Origin: a virus
Strand: one strand, 5' to 3'
Length of the DNA: 64,000 bases
IMG/VR virus record: IMGVR_UViG_3300044611_001420
Shown: piece by piece, positions 28,936 through 38,237 of the stretch
Position numbering within the stretch: the stretch's first letter is position 1
Layout of the letters: each line of letters opens with the position of its first letter
Made by a program: the position numbers and the translations under genes
Notes under the pieces: generated by a model
The model's input: only the letters and a program-made list of their open reading frames with translations
The model's database searches: none
What the model was told of the DNA's origin: nothing

Positions 28936-29515
28936 TTGCTACATCCTGTACTCTTGGATACTTCACAATAATATCAGCACAAATTTTTGCATAGGGACTT
29001 TGTGGATGAAATGAAATTCCATTCTTTAATGCTTCACCACACTTCAAAAGTCTCACAAGTTCAAAGTCAAGTCTTGCCTTATCCGATTCTGCTTGTTGTC
29101 TTGAAATTTCTACACGAGCTCTTGCCTTACAAAGTTCTTGTAATGAACCATCTAGAGGAAAATTAAAACCCAAACTTACTCCAAAGTTTCCACTATGAGA
29201 TTGGTATGATGTTGGGTCTTGATTTCCATTGAAACTTCCCAAAGCAAATGGAGCAACACTCATTGTAGGACCCTGACATGAAACTCCATTACCAAATGTA
29301 TTCAAGGCATAAGGACCTTGAAGCACCTGAACTGCCTGATTCACAACACTACCTGTTGCTGAAGCACTTGGACCTGCAATATTCGTATTACTTGGTGCTT
29401 GTTGTGCTTTACTTCTTGTGGAATCTGCAAGTGCTAATAATAATATTCCTGTTACTGTGTAAAGACCGATATTGAGTTTGTTACTGAATCTTCGGTAGTT
29501 TTGCGATCTATCCAT
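28910..29515 (-). CDS. Secreted Cys-containing hypothetical protein
   Basis: N-terminal hydrophobic segment; beta-like GVSLGFNFPLD; 4 Cys. Confidence 0.7.
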   Translation of the reverse strand: MDRSQNYRRFSNKLNIGLYTVTGILLLALADSTRSKAQQAPSNTNIAGPSASATGSVVNQAVQVLQGPYALNTFGNGVSCQGPTMSVAPFALGSFNGNQDPTSYQSHSGNFGVSLGFNFPLDGSLQELCKARARVEISRQQAESDKARLDFELVRLLKCGEALKNGISFHPQSPYAKICADIIVKYPRVQDVANGNKTNKN

Positions 29516-29814
29516 GTTTCCTTTGCCACTCCAGGAGTCAGATATGTCTCACTAAATTGGAATGGAGCACCTTGAGTTTGAATTGTGTAATTCATACCAG
29601 GAGCAGGAGTTCCTGGTATATTAATGTTGGTGCCAGTGACTGTATAAGATGTTCCAGTAGTATATTCTATTTGCCTGATAGTCTCAATAACTTCAGTGCG
29701 TGTTTTAGTCTCAGATGTAATAGTCCCACTGGTGAAGTTGGGAGTTACGGGTCCAGCGTATGAAGGACTTATAACTCCCAGAACTGTAACCAGTCCGAGA
29801 GTTATGTGTCTCAC
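29452..29814 (-). CDS. Secreted Thr-rich protein (paralogue of 29811..30272)
   Basis: Signal peptide ending SYA; SYTVTGTNIN and FQFSET motifs. Confidence 0.75.
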   Translation of the reverse strand: MRHITLGLVTVLGVISPSYAGPVTPNFTSGTITSETKTRTEVIETIRQIEYTTGTSYTVTGTNINIPGTPAPGMNYTIQTQGAPFQFSETYLTPGVAKETWIDRKTTEDSVTNSISVFTQ

Positions 29815-30272
29815 TTAAATACGCTCAATTCAACGCTACGTTGTGCTGTTCCAGTTGTTCCTGAACCACCAGCAGTGATTGTTGGAACACCAGTTCCGCT
29901 TAAAGTACCAGCAAGAGAACCCTTATCTCCACCTAATTGAGTAGTAGAGTTGCTATAAAGGTTGGGAGAAGCAATTGTTCCAGAAGCTGCCGACTGAGAG
30001 GTAACATCAACATCTGCAGTAATTGATGTTTCAGAGAAACTAAATGCTTGTCCGTTTGTATTGATACCATAAGAACCTGCTCCACCAACTCCTCCAAGAG
30101 TTGTTACATTAATATTGGTGCCTGAAACTGCATATGAGGCACCGACTCTTTCTGATTGTACCGCAGCACCCTGAACATTTAATTGAATTGAGTCAGTGAT
30201 TTTTGATGTGATTTCACCAGCAAAAGCAGGAGTAGTGAAGAATAACGAAAAGATAAGTGCTAATCTTTTCAT
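29811..30272 (-). CDS. Secreted Ser/Thr/Gly-rich protein
   Basis: Signal peptide ending AFA; SYAVSGTNIN and FSFSET motifs. Confidence 0.75.
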   Translation of the reverse strand: MKRLALIFSLFFTTPAFAGEITSKITDSIQLNVQGAAVQSERVGASYAVSGTNINVTTLGGVGGAGSYGINTNGQAFSFSETSITADVDVTSQSAASGTIASPNLYSNSTTQLGGDKGSLAGTLSGTGVPTITAGGSGTTGTAQRSVELSVFK

Positions 30273-30367
30273 TTTTCTAAAAGTAATGTTTGTAACTATT
30301 TATTGATGTTATTTTGTTATTTGTCTTTATGTATTATACTATAAATAAATTGAGTTTATTTAATTTT

Positions 30368-30586
30368 ATGACTGAACAACAGGAACATCTTGCGAATCTT
30401 GTAAAGCAAGCACAAGACCTATCCCTTGAATTGGAAGGACTTCAAACTAAGGCCACAACAAAAAGAGAACTTTTTTTGAAGGTTCAAGGTGCGATTGAGT
30501 ATCTTACACAAATAGGTGTGACTCTTCCACAACCAGAACCACAACCAGAAGAAATTCCACTCCCAGAAACAGAAGTAGCAGAATGA
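30368..30586 (+). CDS. Coiled-coil hypothetical protein
   Basis: Late promoter at 30340; KVQGAIEYL. Confidence 0.7.
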   Translation: MTEQQEHLANLVKQAQDLSLELEGLQTKATTKRELFLKVQGAIEYLTQIGVTLPQPEPQPEEIPLPETEVAE

Positions 30587-30592
30587 TTTACG

Positions 30593-30653
30593 GTCCCCGA
30601 AAGGGGACTTTTTTATGCCTTGACACCATCGGCACCCAGTGCTATGATAAATA
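30593..30653 (+). promoter_or_regulatory. Terminator followed by psbA promoter
   Basis: GTCCCC-GAAA-GGGGAC plus T-run; TTGACA(30620)-17 bp-TATGAT(30643) overlapping ATAAATA. Confidence 0.75.
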
Positions 30654-30694
30654 AGTCAGGAAACAAAGACAAATCTTTACGTTCCGTAACCTTC

Positions 30695-30800
30695 TGCAAC
30701 CGAGACCATCAGAAGTAAAGCGTCTCTCATATCCACGATGGAGGGTGTCGTGGGGAATACTTGTACCGTTCAGTCCCCCCTGAATTTTTACTTACCCTTT
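30695..30800 (+). ncRNA. PhotoRC-II-like RNA motif in the psbA leader
   Basis: ACCGAGAC...GTCTCTCATA, stem CCACGAT..GAGGG..GTCGTGG, GAATA, CCC tract and CTTAC before psbA; matches my recollection of the cyanophage motif. Confidence 0.65.
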
Positions 30801-30807
30801 TTAACAA

Positions 30808-31890
30808 ATGACTGCTACAATTGCTTCACGCCGTTCTGGCGAAAACCTCTGGGAATCTTTTTGCCAGTGGGTTACTTCTACCGACAACCGTCTTTATGTT
30901 GGTTGGTTTGGTGTATTATGTATTCCAACTTTATTGGTTGCTACTATTTGTTTCATCATCGCATTTGTCGGTGCTCCCCCTGTGGACATTGACGGCATTC
31001 GTGAACCAGTTGCTGGTTCTCTAATGTATGGAAACAACATCATCTCTGGTGCCGTTGTTCCATCTTCTAATGCGATTGGTCTTCACTTCTATCCTATCTG
31101 GGAAGCAGCAAGTCTTGATGAATGGCTCTATAATGGTGGTCCTTACCAGTTGGTAGTCTTCCACTTCCTCATTGGTGTTTTCTGCTATATGGGTCGTGAG
31201 TGGGAACTTTCTTACCGTCTTGGTATGCGTCCTTGGATTATGGTTGCTTACAGTGCTCCTGTTGCTGCTGCGACTGCCGTATTCTTGGTCTATCCTTTCG
31301 GTCAAGGTTCTTTCTCTGATGGTATGCCTCTTGGTATCTCTGGTACGTTCAACTACATGCTTGTGTTCCAGGCAGAGCACAACATCCTGATGCACCCCTT
31401 CCATATGCTTGGAGTTGCTGGTGTCTTCGGTGGTTCTCTGTTCAGTGCTATGCACGGTTCTCTGGTTACTTCCTCACTGGTTCGTGAAACCACTGAAACT
31501 GAATCGCAAAACTATGGTTACAAGTTCGGTCAAGAAGAAGAGACTTATAACATCGTTGCTGCTCATGGATACTTCGGTCGTCTGATCTTCCAGTATGCAT
31601 CGTTCAACAACTCTCGTTCACTTCACTTCTTCCTTGCTGCTTGGCCTGTTGTAGGCATCTGGTTCACTGCTCTTGGTGTTTCTACGATGGCCTTCAATTT
31701 GAATGGCTTCAACTTTAATCAGAGCATCGTTGATAGTCAGAACCGTGTAGTTAATACCTGGGCTGATGTCCTGAACCGTGCTGGACTGGGCATGGAGGTG
31801 ATGCACGAAAGGAACGCACACAACTTCCCTCTTGACCTTGCTGCTGCTGAGAACACTCCTGTTGCTCTCACTGCACCTTCTATTGGTTGA
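30808..31890 (+). CDS. psbA: Photosystem II D1 protein, uninterrupted
   Basis: Full 360-aa D1 sequence; Glu130 form; [14 protein letters not shown]. Confidence 0.99.
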   Translation: MTATIASRRSGENLWESFCQWVTSTDNRLYVGWFGVLCIPTLLVATICFIIAFVGAPPVDIDGIREPVAGSLMYGNNIISGAVVPSSNAIGLHFYPIWEAASLDEWLYNGGPYQLVVFHFLIGVFCYMGREWELSYRLGMRPWIMVAYSAPVAAATAVFLVYPFGQGSFSDGMPLGISGTFNYMLVFQAEHNILMHPFHMLGVAGVFGGSLFSAMHGSLVTSSLVRETTETESQNYGYKFGQEEETYNIVAAHGYFGRLIFQYASFNNSRSLHFFLAAWPVVGIWFTALGVSTMAFNLNGFNFNQSIVDSQNRVVNTWADVLNRAGLGMEVMHERNAHNFPLDLAAAENTPVALTAPSIG

Positions 31891-31916
31891 TATAAAACTG
31901 AATAACTGATATAATT

Positions 31917-31942
31917 AAGAGGGTATAACAACCCTCTTTTTT
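31917..31942 (+). terminator. Rho-independent terminator
   Basis: AAGAGGGT...ACCCTCTT plus T-run. Confidence 0.75.
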
Positions 31943-32062
31943 ATGTCTCACAATACTGAATACGAAAAGATGCCAAACTGGGTGATCTGGGCTGGTGTAG
32001 GAATTATGGTATTCACAATACTCTGCTTTGTCTTACTGACTGTTGGAATGATTTATGAATGA
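31943..32062 (+). CDS. Membrane micro-protein (39 aa)
   Basis: Translated by hand; single TM. Confidence 0.5.
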   Translation: MSHNTEYEKMPNWVIWAGVGIMVFTILCFVLLTVGMIYE

Positions 32063-32095
32063 TAAAAATATAAATACTTAAAAGGTATTTGTACT

Positions 32096-32506
32096 ATGGA
32101 CGCACAAGAATTTCGTAGTCTTCAAGAAGCATATATGGAAGTTGTTATTGGTGAAGGAACTAATGATAAAGAATATGATGTTCACGGAAGAAGAAAAAAA
32201 TTAATGCCAAAAAGAAATCCTGAAAAAGTGGGGCAGGAAAAACCAACAGTAAGAAAAGCAAAACAAAATCCCTCATTTTTCAGTAATCAAAAATATGGAA
32301 TGTTAGGTACTACAAATTTTGGTAGTATGTCTGGAAAAATGACTAAAAGTGAAAGAAATATGAAAAGAACTCAAAAAGAACAAGTAGATATTTACGACAT
32401 CATTCTTTCACATTTACTTGATGAAGGATATGCTGAAACACCAGAAGCAGCAGAATCTATTATGGTGAATATGAGTGAAGAGTGGAGACAAAGTATTATT
32501 GGTTGA
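32096..32506 (+). CDS. Cassette-family basic protein (putative head-internal protein)
   Basis: Late promoter at 32069; N-term MDAQEFRSLQEAY; conserved 37-aa C-term. Confidence 0.8.
   Translation: MDAQEFRSLQEAYMEVVIGEGTNDKEYDVHGRRKKLMPKRNPEKVGQEKPTVRKAKQNPSFFSNQKYGMLGTTNFGSMSGKMTKSERNMKRTQKEQVDIYDIILSHLLDEGYAETPEAAESIMVNMSEEWRQSIIG
32393..32506 (+). repeat. Dispersed repeat, copy B (3' end of cassette gene)
   Basis: 104/114 nt identical to 25723-25836. Confidence 0.9.
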
Positions 32507-32590
32507 GTATAATGTGATATGATACGGAGGAGACCTGTGAAGGTCTCTTTTTTTATAAATAATAATGTAGTAGAGACAGCAACAGTAAGA

Positions 32591-33169
32591 ATGAAACATA
32601 AACATCATATTGTTCCAAGACATATGGGTGGAACTGACGACTCATCAAATCTTATTGAACTGACTGTGGAAGAACACGCAGAGGCACACAGAAAGTTGTG
32701 GGAGCAATATGGTAATATCAAAGATTATTGTGCTTGGAAAGGTTTAGAAGGAACTATTGGTAAAGAAGAGATTGTAAGGTTGCTGATGGACCCAACTGGA
32801 AGAGTTCATACAGAAGAAACAAAACAAAAAATCAGTCAATCACATAAAGGTAAGTTGAAGCATACAGAAGAGAGTAAAGAAAAGTTGAGACAGTTTAGAA
32901 CTGGTATGAAGTTGAGTGAGGAGCATAAGGCAAAAATCTCAAAGAGTTTAGAAGGTAATACTCGTATGGTTGGTAAAAAGTTGAGTGAAGAAACAAAACA
33001 AAAGTTGAGTGAGGCAGGTAAAGGTAATAAGAATGCTTCTAAAAATCCAAATATTAGTGAAGAAGAAAGAGAGAGAAGAAGTGAAGCAACAAAAGAGAGA
33101 TGGAGGAAATATAGAGAGGCAAAGGGACTTGACCCAGATAAACCGATTGATAAAAGATACGGTAAGTAG
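32591..33169 (+). mobile_element. Free-standing HNH homing endonuclease with NUMOD3-like repeats
   Basis: HHIVPRHMGGTD..SNL..LT..EH..AH; repeated (H/L)(T/S)EE(T/S/H)K.K(I/L); terminator and TATAAATA (32554) upstream. Confidence 0.85.
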
Positions 33170-33178
33170 AAATCTCTA

Positions 33179-33207
33179 TTGACCTATTTTGTGAAGTATT
33201 GTAAACT
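33179..33207 (+). promoter_or_regulatory. psbD promoter with HLR1-like (RpaB) site
   Basis: TTGACC-17 bp-TAAACT; minus strand 33188-33205 reads TTTACAAT-AC-TTCACAAA. Confidence 0.5.
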
Positions 33208-33236
33208 AAATATGAGAAATACTAAAAGGAGGATTG

Positions 33237-34298
33237 ATGGTATCTTCATCACTTTCATTACCAAACCAACAACGAAGTTGGTTTGATTTACTTGATGATT
33301 GGTTGAAAAGAGATAGGTTTGTGTTTATTGGATGGAGTGGTTTACTTTTTATGCCTTGTGCTTACCTAGCATTAGGTGGATGGTTTACTGGAATTACATT
33401 CGTCACGAGTTTTTATACACACGGTTTAGCATCCTCATTTCTAGAAGGTTGTAATGCGTTGACCGCTGCGGTAAGCACCCCAGCAGACGCTATGGGTCAT
33501 TCTCTTCTTCTACTTTGGGGTCCTGAGTCTCAGGGAGATTTCGTCCGCTGGGTCCAACTTGGGGGACTCTGGCCTTTTGTGGCACTCCACGGTGCCTTTG
33601 CTCTCATAGGTTTCATGCTTCGTCAGTTTGAAATTGCACGTTTAGTAGGAATTAGACCGTACAATGCTATTGCGTTTTCTGGGCCTATCGCTGTTTTTGT
33701 CAGTGTGTTTCTCATGTATCCACTCGGACAGTCATCTTGGTTCTTTGCGCCGTCGTTTGGTGTTGCTGCGATTTTTAGGTTCCTCCTATTCTTACAAGGT
33801 TTCCATAACTGGACGCTCAACCCCTTTCATATGATGGGAGTTGCTGGTATACTGGGAGGAGCACTGCTCTGTGCAATTCACGGAGCAACTGTAGAAAACA
33901 CTCTATTTGAAGATGGAAATCAAGCAAACACGTTCAAAGCATTTGAACCTACGCAAGAGGAAGAGACTTATTCAATGGTTACTGCAAACCGATTCTGGTC
34001 GCAGATTTTTGGAATTGCTTTTTCCAATAAGCGTTGGTTACATTTTTTCATGCTTTTTGTTCCCGTTATGGGTCTCTGGACTAGTTCTATTGGTATTATT
34101 GGTTTGGCTCTCAATCTTCGTGCTTATGATTTTGTAAGTCAGGAGATTCGTGCTGCAGAAGACCCTGAGTTTGAAACGTTCTACACGAAGAACATTCTTT
34201 TGAATGAAGGATTACGTGCTTGGATGGCACCAGTAGACCAACCAGGGGAACGGTTCGTATTTCCAGAGGAAGTTCTCCCGAGGGGCAATGCACTCTAA
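33237..34298 (+). CDS. psbD: Photosystem II D2 protein
   Basis: [16 protein letters not shown]...[12 protein letters not shown]. Confidence 0.99.
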   Translation: MVSSSLSLPNQQRSWFDLLDDWLKRDRFVFIGWSGLLFMPCAYLALGGWFTGITFVTSFYTHGLASSFLEGCNALTAAVSTPADAMGHSLLLLWGPESQGDFVRWVQLGGLWPFVALHGAFALIGFMLRQFEIARLVGIRPYNAIAFSGPIAVFVSVFLMYPLGQSSWFFAPSFGVAAIFRFLLFLQGFHNWTLNPFHMMGVAGILGGALLCAIHGATVENTLFEDGNQANTFKAFEPTQEEETYSMVTANRFWSQIFGIAFSNKRWLHFFMLFVPVMGLWTSSIGIIGLALNLRAYDFVSQEIRAAEDPEFETFYTKNILLNEGLRAWMAPVDQPGERFVFPEEVLPRGNAL

Positions 34299-34305
34299 AA
34301 TAAAT

Positions 34306-34333
34306 AAGGGAGTTCTACAAGAACTCCTTTTTT
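34306..34333 (+). terminator. Rho-independent terminator
   Basis: GGAGTTCT-ACA-AGAACTCC plus T-run. Confidence 0.8.
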
Positions 34334-34439
34334 ATGGCATTTCTTCTAATACTTTTTCTCTTTGAACTTTTCGGTGTTATTATGTTCATATTATCAGTCG
34401 CACAAGATTTCTAATACATACAACAGTTACCTTTTAACT

Positions 34440-34601
34440 ATGAAAACTATAACCTTCACAGAAGACCAAATCAAACTTCTGGCAGATGCTGTATGGATGC
34501 GTCAACGTCGTTTTATTGCAGGAGATAAACGATTCAAAGAATATGGAGCAATGTTAGACACACTCCTAGAAGGAATGGACTATACTCCAAAAAGGTTTTG
34601 A
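34440..34601 (+). CDS. Small hypothetical protein
   Basis: ATG at 34440; 53 aa. Confidence 0.55.
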   Translation: MKTITFTEDQIKLLADAVWMRQRRFIAGDKRFKEYGAMLDTLLEGMDYTPKRF

Positions 34602-34605
34602 AACA

Positions 34606-35310
34606 ATGTTTGATGCCGTCTTCGTCAGTGATGTTCATCTAGGAACCCCTCGTTGTAATACTCAAAAGTTTTTAAAGTTTCTTAAAAACTTAAAAACCAA
34701 AAAGTTAGTATTGGTTGGTGATATTATTGATATTCACTGTATGGAAAAATATAATACTCGTTGGGCAAAAGAACATACAAAATGTGTTCATCAGATTCTA
34801 AACCTGGCAAAGAAAGGAACAGAGGTCATTTATATTCTCGGAAATCACGAAGCAGAAATTCGTCGTTATACTAATTTTGAACACAAGAACTTCCGAATGG
34901 TAGACGAATATACTCATAAAGATTCAAAAGGTAATAAGTTTTTGTGTATTCACGGAGATAAGTATTCTGAGTATTCTTCTGGGTCTTGGAAGCAGTTGAT
35001 GTTCAATAAAGGATATGAGATTATTACACCATTAAGTTTTTGGTTGGAAAGATTCTTTCGGTTCTCTTTGGTTTATGCTTTGAAGAATACGGTGAGGGGA
35101 AAGAATTATATTAATCAATATGAGACTGATATTGCATCATATTGTATTCAAAGAGATAAGAAATATGATGGTGTAATTTGTGGGCATATTCATCACGGAA
35201 ATGTGAGATACTTTAATAAACTTTTGTATATGTGCTGTGGTGATTGGTGTGATACTTGCTCTGCGATTGTGGAGAAAAATGGAATTTATGCTCTTGAAAA
35301 ATATAAATGA
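34606..35310 (+). CDS. Metallophosphoesterase, LpxH-like
   Basis: SDVHLG, LVGDIID, GNHE, IHGD, GHIH, GDW. Confidence 0.88.
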   Translation: MFDAVFVSDVHLGTPRCNTQKFLKFLKNLKTKKLVLVGDIIDIHCMEKYNTRWAKEHTKCVHQILNLAKKGTEVIYILGNHEAEIRRYTNFEHKNFRMVDEYTHKDSKGNKFLCIHGDKYSEYSSGSWKQLMFNKGYEIITPLSFWLERFFRFSLVYALKNTVRGKNYINQYETDIASYCIQRDKKYDGVICGHIHHGNVRYFNKLLYMCCGDWCDTCSAIVEKNGIYALEKYK

Positions 35311-35429
35311 TTAGTTCGGAGACACCATACAAACTTGCAGAGATTATCAGGAATACCTGGCCTGGTCTTTACAGAAAACCAGAATCATCTTATAATGAAG
35401 AAAAGGAATTGAAAAATGAAAAAGTATAA
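35307..35429 (+). CDS. Micro-ORF (40 aa, MISSETPYKLAEIIRNTWP...)
   Basis: Translated by hand; ATGA overlap. Confidence 0.5.
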   Translation: MISSETPYKLAEIIRNTWPGLYRKPESSYNEEKELKNEKV

Positions 35430-35706
35430 TGAAGAATATTTTTCAGTCATTGACACCAAGACTGGAAGAAAGATTGTTGATTGTGGTGATGAATTGGATG
35501 CACTTGCGATGGTTTCCTTTGACCCACAAAATCGAACGATTACAAGAAATAAGATTCTGATGAGTCCTGTGATTGATATTGAGATTCCAAAAGCACTTCC
35601 TACATCTAATGTTGTTATGTCTAATGTTCAAGAGAATGTTCGTCATCAGGAACAACTTGGGCAAATCAAATTGCCAGAAGGTCAAGGAGAACCTGTGGTG
35701 GTATGA
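35416..35706 (+). CDS. Hypothetical protein
   Basis: ORF track; operonic spacing. Confidence 0.65.
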   Translation: MKKYNEEYFSVIDTKTGRKIVDCGDELDALAMVSFDPQNRTITRNKILMSPVIDIEIPKALPTSNVVMSNVQENVRHQEQLGQIKLPEGQGEPVVV

Positions 35707-35906
35707 ACCATCGTAAACATAAACAAGCAGAGAATCTCAAAAAGAAAAAGATGTATACACTTGAGGGTTACGTTGGAGACCCCCCAGATGCTAAATGTCC
35801 ACACTGCGGGGAATCTGGGAAATCTTGTTCTCACGTAAATAGTCTAAGTCGTGCTTGGGCAAGAGATGCTTGTGCCCATAAATACAAGAAAACTAATAAT
35901 AGTTAA
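35703..35906 (+). CDS. Small Cys-containing hypothetical protein
   Basis: CPHC motif; coupled. Confidence 0.55.
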   Translation: MNHRKHKQAENLKKKKMYTLEGYVGDPPDAKCPHCGESGKSCSHVNSLSRAWARDACAHKYKKTNNS

Positions 35907-37838
35907 ATGGGAAGATATATTAAGACAAGAATTGTTACTGATGGATTGATTTATCTGAATGATGCTGGAAATAGCAAGTCATATTCTGGTGTAGGAACAG
36001 CAATCAAGAATTTAGTGGGTTATGGTGCCACAAATACATCATTCAATCAAACATTCGTATCCTCAGGAACAACAAGTCATTTTATATCTACATCTACTTT
36101 ATCTTATATAAGCAATACAAACGTAAGTGTAAGTGCTTCAACAGGTAGTGGTTTTACTATTTGTATGATGATTAAACCACAAACTTTGACTAGTTCTACT
36201 TGGAATTATTTTTTTCAACAATATCAATCATCTAGTAATTCATTAATAGAGATTGGTCGTTATGGAACTACGCAAGGATTTTCACTAAAAGATACTACTA
36301 AGAATGAAAATAGTATTTTGTTTGAAACTTCTTCTGTTAATAGTGATTATTTTGAATGGTATTCAAAAGTACCTGGTTATAATGGTAGTATAACAAATCA
36401 AAAAATTCAATATTGTGTTGATAATTCTCTTAGTTCAGCTGCATGTGAGACTCATTTACAAAACTCTTCCAATTATTTGTATTCAAGTGGATTTGGTACA
36501 TATACAACACCATCATCTTCGGGAATAATAACTGCAAATTATCAAACTACTTGGGTAGTTCCTGTTGGTGTAACTTCTATTACTGCTGTTTGTGTTGGGG
36601 GTGGAGGTGGATCTGGAGGTAATGATTCTGGTAATGGTCAAGGAGCAGGAGGTGGTGGAGGAGGACTTTCGTATGGAACTTTTGCTGTAACTCCAGGTGA
36701 AACTCTTTATATTCAATCTGGTGCTGGAGGAAAGGGTGGAAATGTAGAAATTTTAAATTACTATCAAGACAATAATACTACTAATAGACCTAAAACTGAT
36801 GGTACAAATGGTGGAGATAGTTATATAAAAAGGGTTGGTTATGATGCAACTGGAACAGATATTTTAATCTTATCTGGTGGAGGAAGTGGAGGAAGTGCTG
36901 GGTCAAGTAGTTCATCCGATTCTACTGGGGGAACAGGTGGAATTGGAGGACAGGGGTCAGCATCTAGTGGTGGTGGAAATGGTGGAAATGGTGGAAATGG
37001 TTATACTACCTTTGGTGGAGGTGGTGGTGGAGGAGCAGGAGGATATACAGGAGCTGGTGGAACTGGTGGATATGGATATGTTAGCCAAACAGCTGCCCAA
37101 AGAGCAGGTGGCACTGGACAGGGAGGTGGAGGAGGTGGAGGTGGAAGTTTGAATGTAGATAGTGGATCTTCTGGAAATTTTAATAGTGGTGGAGGAGTAG
37201 GAATTTATAATGCAACCAGAACAACAGGAGCTGGAGGAACTTCAACTACTGCCAGTGGAAGTGACACTAGTTCAAAGTCTGGATTGTCTGGTTCTAGTGG
37301 AACTGCACCAACAGGAAGTAGTGGAAGATATGGCATACCGAACACCTTTACTAATTATTCAACAAGAGCTGTTGGTGGAATATATGGAGGTGGTGGTGGG
37401 GCAAGTTATCAGGCAGATAGTTCTAATAGTTGGAGAGAACCTGCAAATGGTGGCAGAGGATGTGTTAGAATTGTGTGGGGAACAGGGAGAACCTTTTCAA
37501 CTTCATCTACAGTTGCTCAGGATGTTTTGTCGCAAAGATCTGCTTCTTTTTCTGATTGGACTTTTGTTGTTTGTGGTGTTACGACAGATTATAAGAGTTT
37601 TTTATCAACTAATGGAAGTTCTAAATCTGTGGGAGTTTCAACTGATTGGATGACAACAGGAGAAATCAATTTAGATAAAATTTTTGGAACAGGTTCTGAT
37701 TCTGCTGCAGGTATTACTACAGGAACAAATTCTAATTATAAATGTCATTGGAACAATTGTATGATTTATAATCGTGAATTGACAAATGAAGAAATCCAAA
37801 TAAACTTTGAAGCATTTAGACGTAAGTTTAATCTCTAA
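35907..37838 (+). CDS. LamG/concanavalin-like protein with inserted glycine-rich domain (putative adhesin)
   Basis: IVTDGLIYLNDAGN.KSY at N-term, IYNRELT.EEI..NF at C-term; central VP.GVTSI.AVCVGGGG...GCVRIVWG. Confidence 0.7.
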   Translation: MGRYIKTRIVTDGLIYLNDAGNSKSYSGVGTAIKNLVGYGATNTSFNQTFVSSGTTSHFISTSTLSYISNTNVSVSASTGSGFTICMMIKPQTLTSSTWNYFFQQYQSSSNSLIEIGRYGTTQGFSLKDTTKNENSILFETSSVNSDYFEWYSKVPGYNGSITNQKIQYCVDNSLSSAACETHLQNSSNYLYSSGFGTYTTPSSSGIITANYQTTWVVPVGVTSITAVCVGGGGGSGGNDSGNGQGAGGGGGGLSYGTFAVTPGETLYIQSGAGGKGGNVEILNYYQDNNTTNRPKTDGTNGGDSYIKRVGYDATGTDILILSGGGSGGSAGSSSSSDSTGGTGGIGGQGSASSGGGNGGNGGNGYTTFGGGGGGGAGGYTGAGGTGGYGYVSQTAAQRAGGTGQGGGGGGGGSLNVDSGSSGNFNSGGGVGIYNATRTTGAGGTSTTASGSDTSSKSGLSGSSGTAPTGSSGRYGIPNTFTNYSTRAVGGIYGGGGGASYQADSSNSWREPANGGRGCVRIVWGTGRTFSTSSTVAQDVLSQRSASFSDWTFVVCGVTTDYKSFLSTNGSSKSVGVSTDWMTTGEINLDKIFGTGSDSAAGITTGTNSNYKCHWNNCMIYNRELTNEEIQINFEAFRRKFNL

Positions 37839-37861
37839 ATAATCATAAGTTGCAAAAACTT

Positions 37862-38233
37862 ATGACTCCTTTTCATTCGTCTGAAGAATATTTGTTCAAT
37901 CTTTACACAACAAGTTCTGGAGAAGCAAGACGAATATGGAGACAGCACATTAAAGAAAATTGGAATCATAAGTGTGCTTACTGTGGTTCTGAAGAAAAAT
38001 TAACTATTGATCATATAGTTCCAAGATCAAAAGGTGGAACGGATTTCACAAACAATGTTGTCTGTTGCTGCCAAGAATGCAATCATGATAAAGGACACAC
38101 AGATTGGGAAGATTGGTTCTCAAAGCAAATCTTTTTTACAGAAGAAAAAAGAAGTGCTATAATAAAATGGATGCACAATAAGCAAGAGCAAGTGCTCTAT
38201 AAATACCCTCAAAGACAAAATAAAGTTTTATAG
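37862..38233 (+). CDS. HNH endonuclease (McrA-like)
   Basis: CAYCG...LTIDHIVPRSKGG...N...C..CN..K. Confidence 0.9.
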   Translation: MTPFHSSEEYLFNLYTTSSGEARRIWRQHIKENWNHKCAYCGSEEKLTIDHIVPRSKGGTDFTNNVVCCCQECNHDKGHTDWEDWFSKQIFFTEEKRSAIIKWMHNKQEQVLYKYPQRQNKVL

Positions 38234-38237
38234 TATT

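Noticed and set aside
30808-31890. Group I intron in psbA
   Set aside because: The ORF is continuous and full length
25723-32506. Cassette repeats as a diversity-generating retroelement TR/VR pair
   Set aside because: Differences are mostly synonymous and not adenine-specific, both copies are coding, and no reverse transcriptase is in the window
36590-37420. GGTGGA-type repeats (also 51610-51680) as DNA repeat arrays
   Set aside because: Explained by Gly- and Gly-Pro-rich coding
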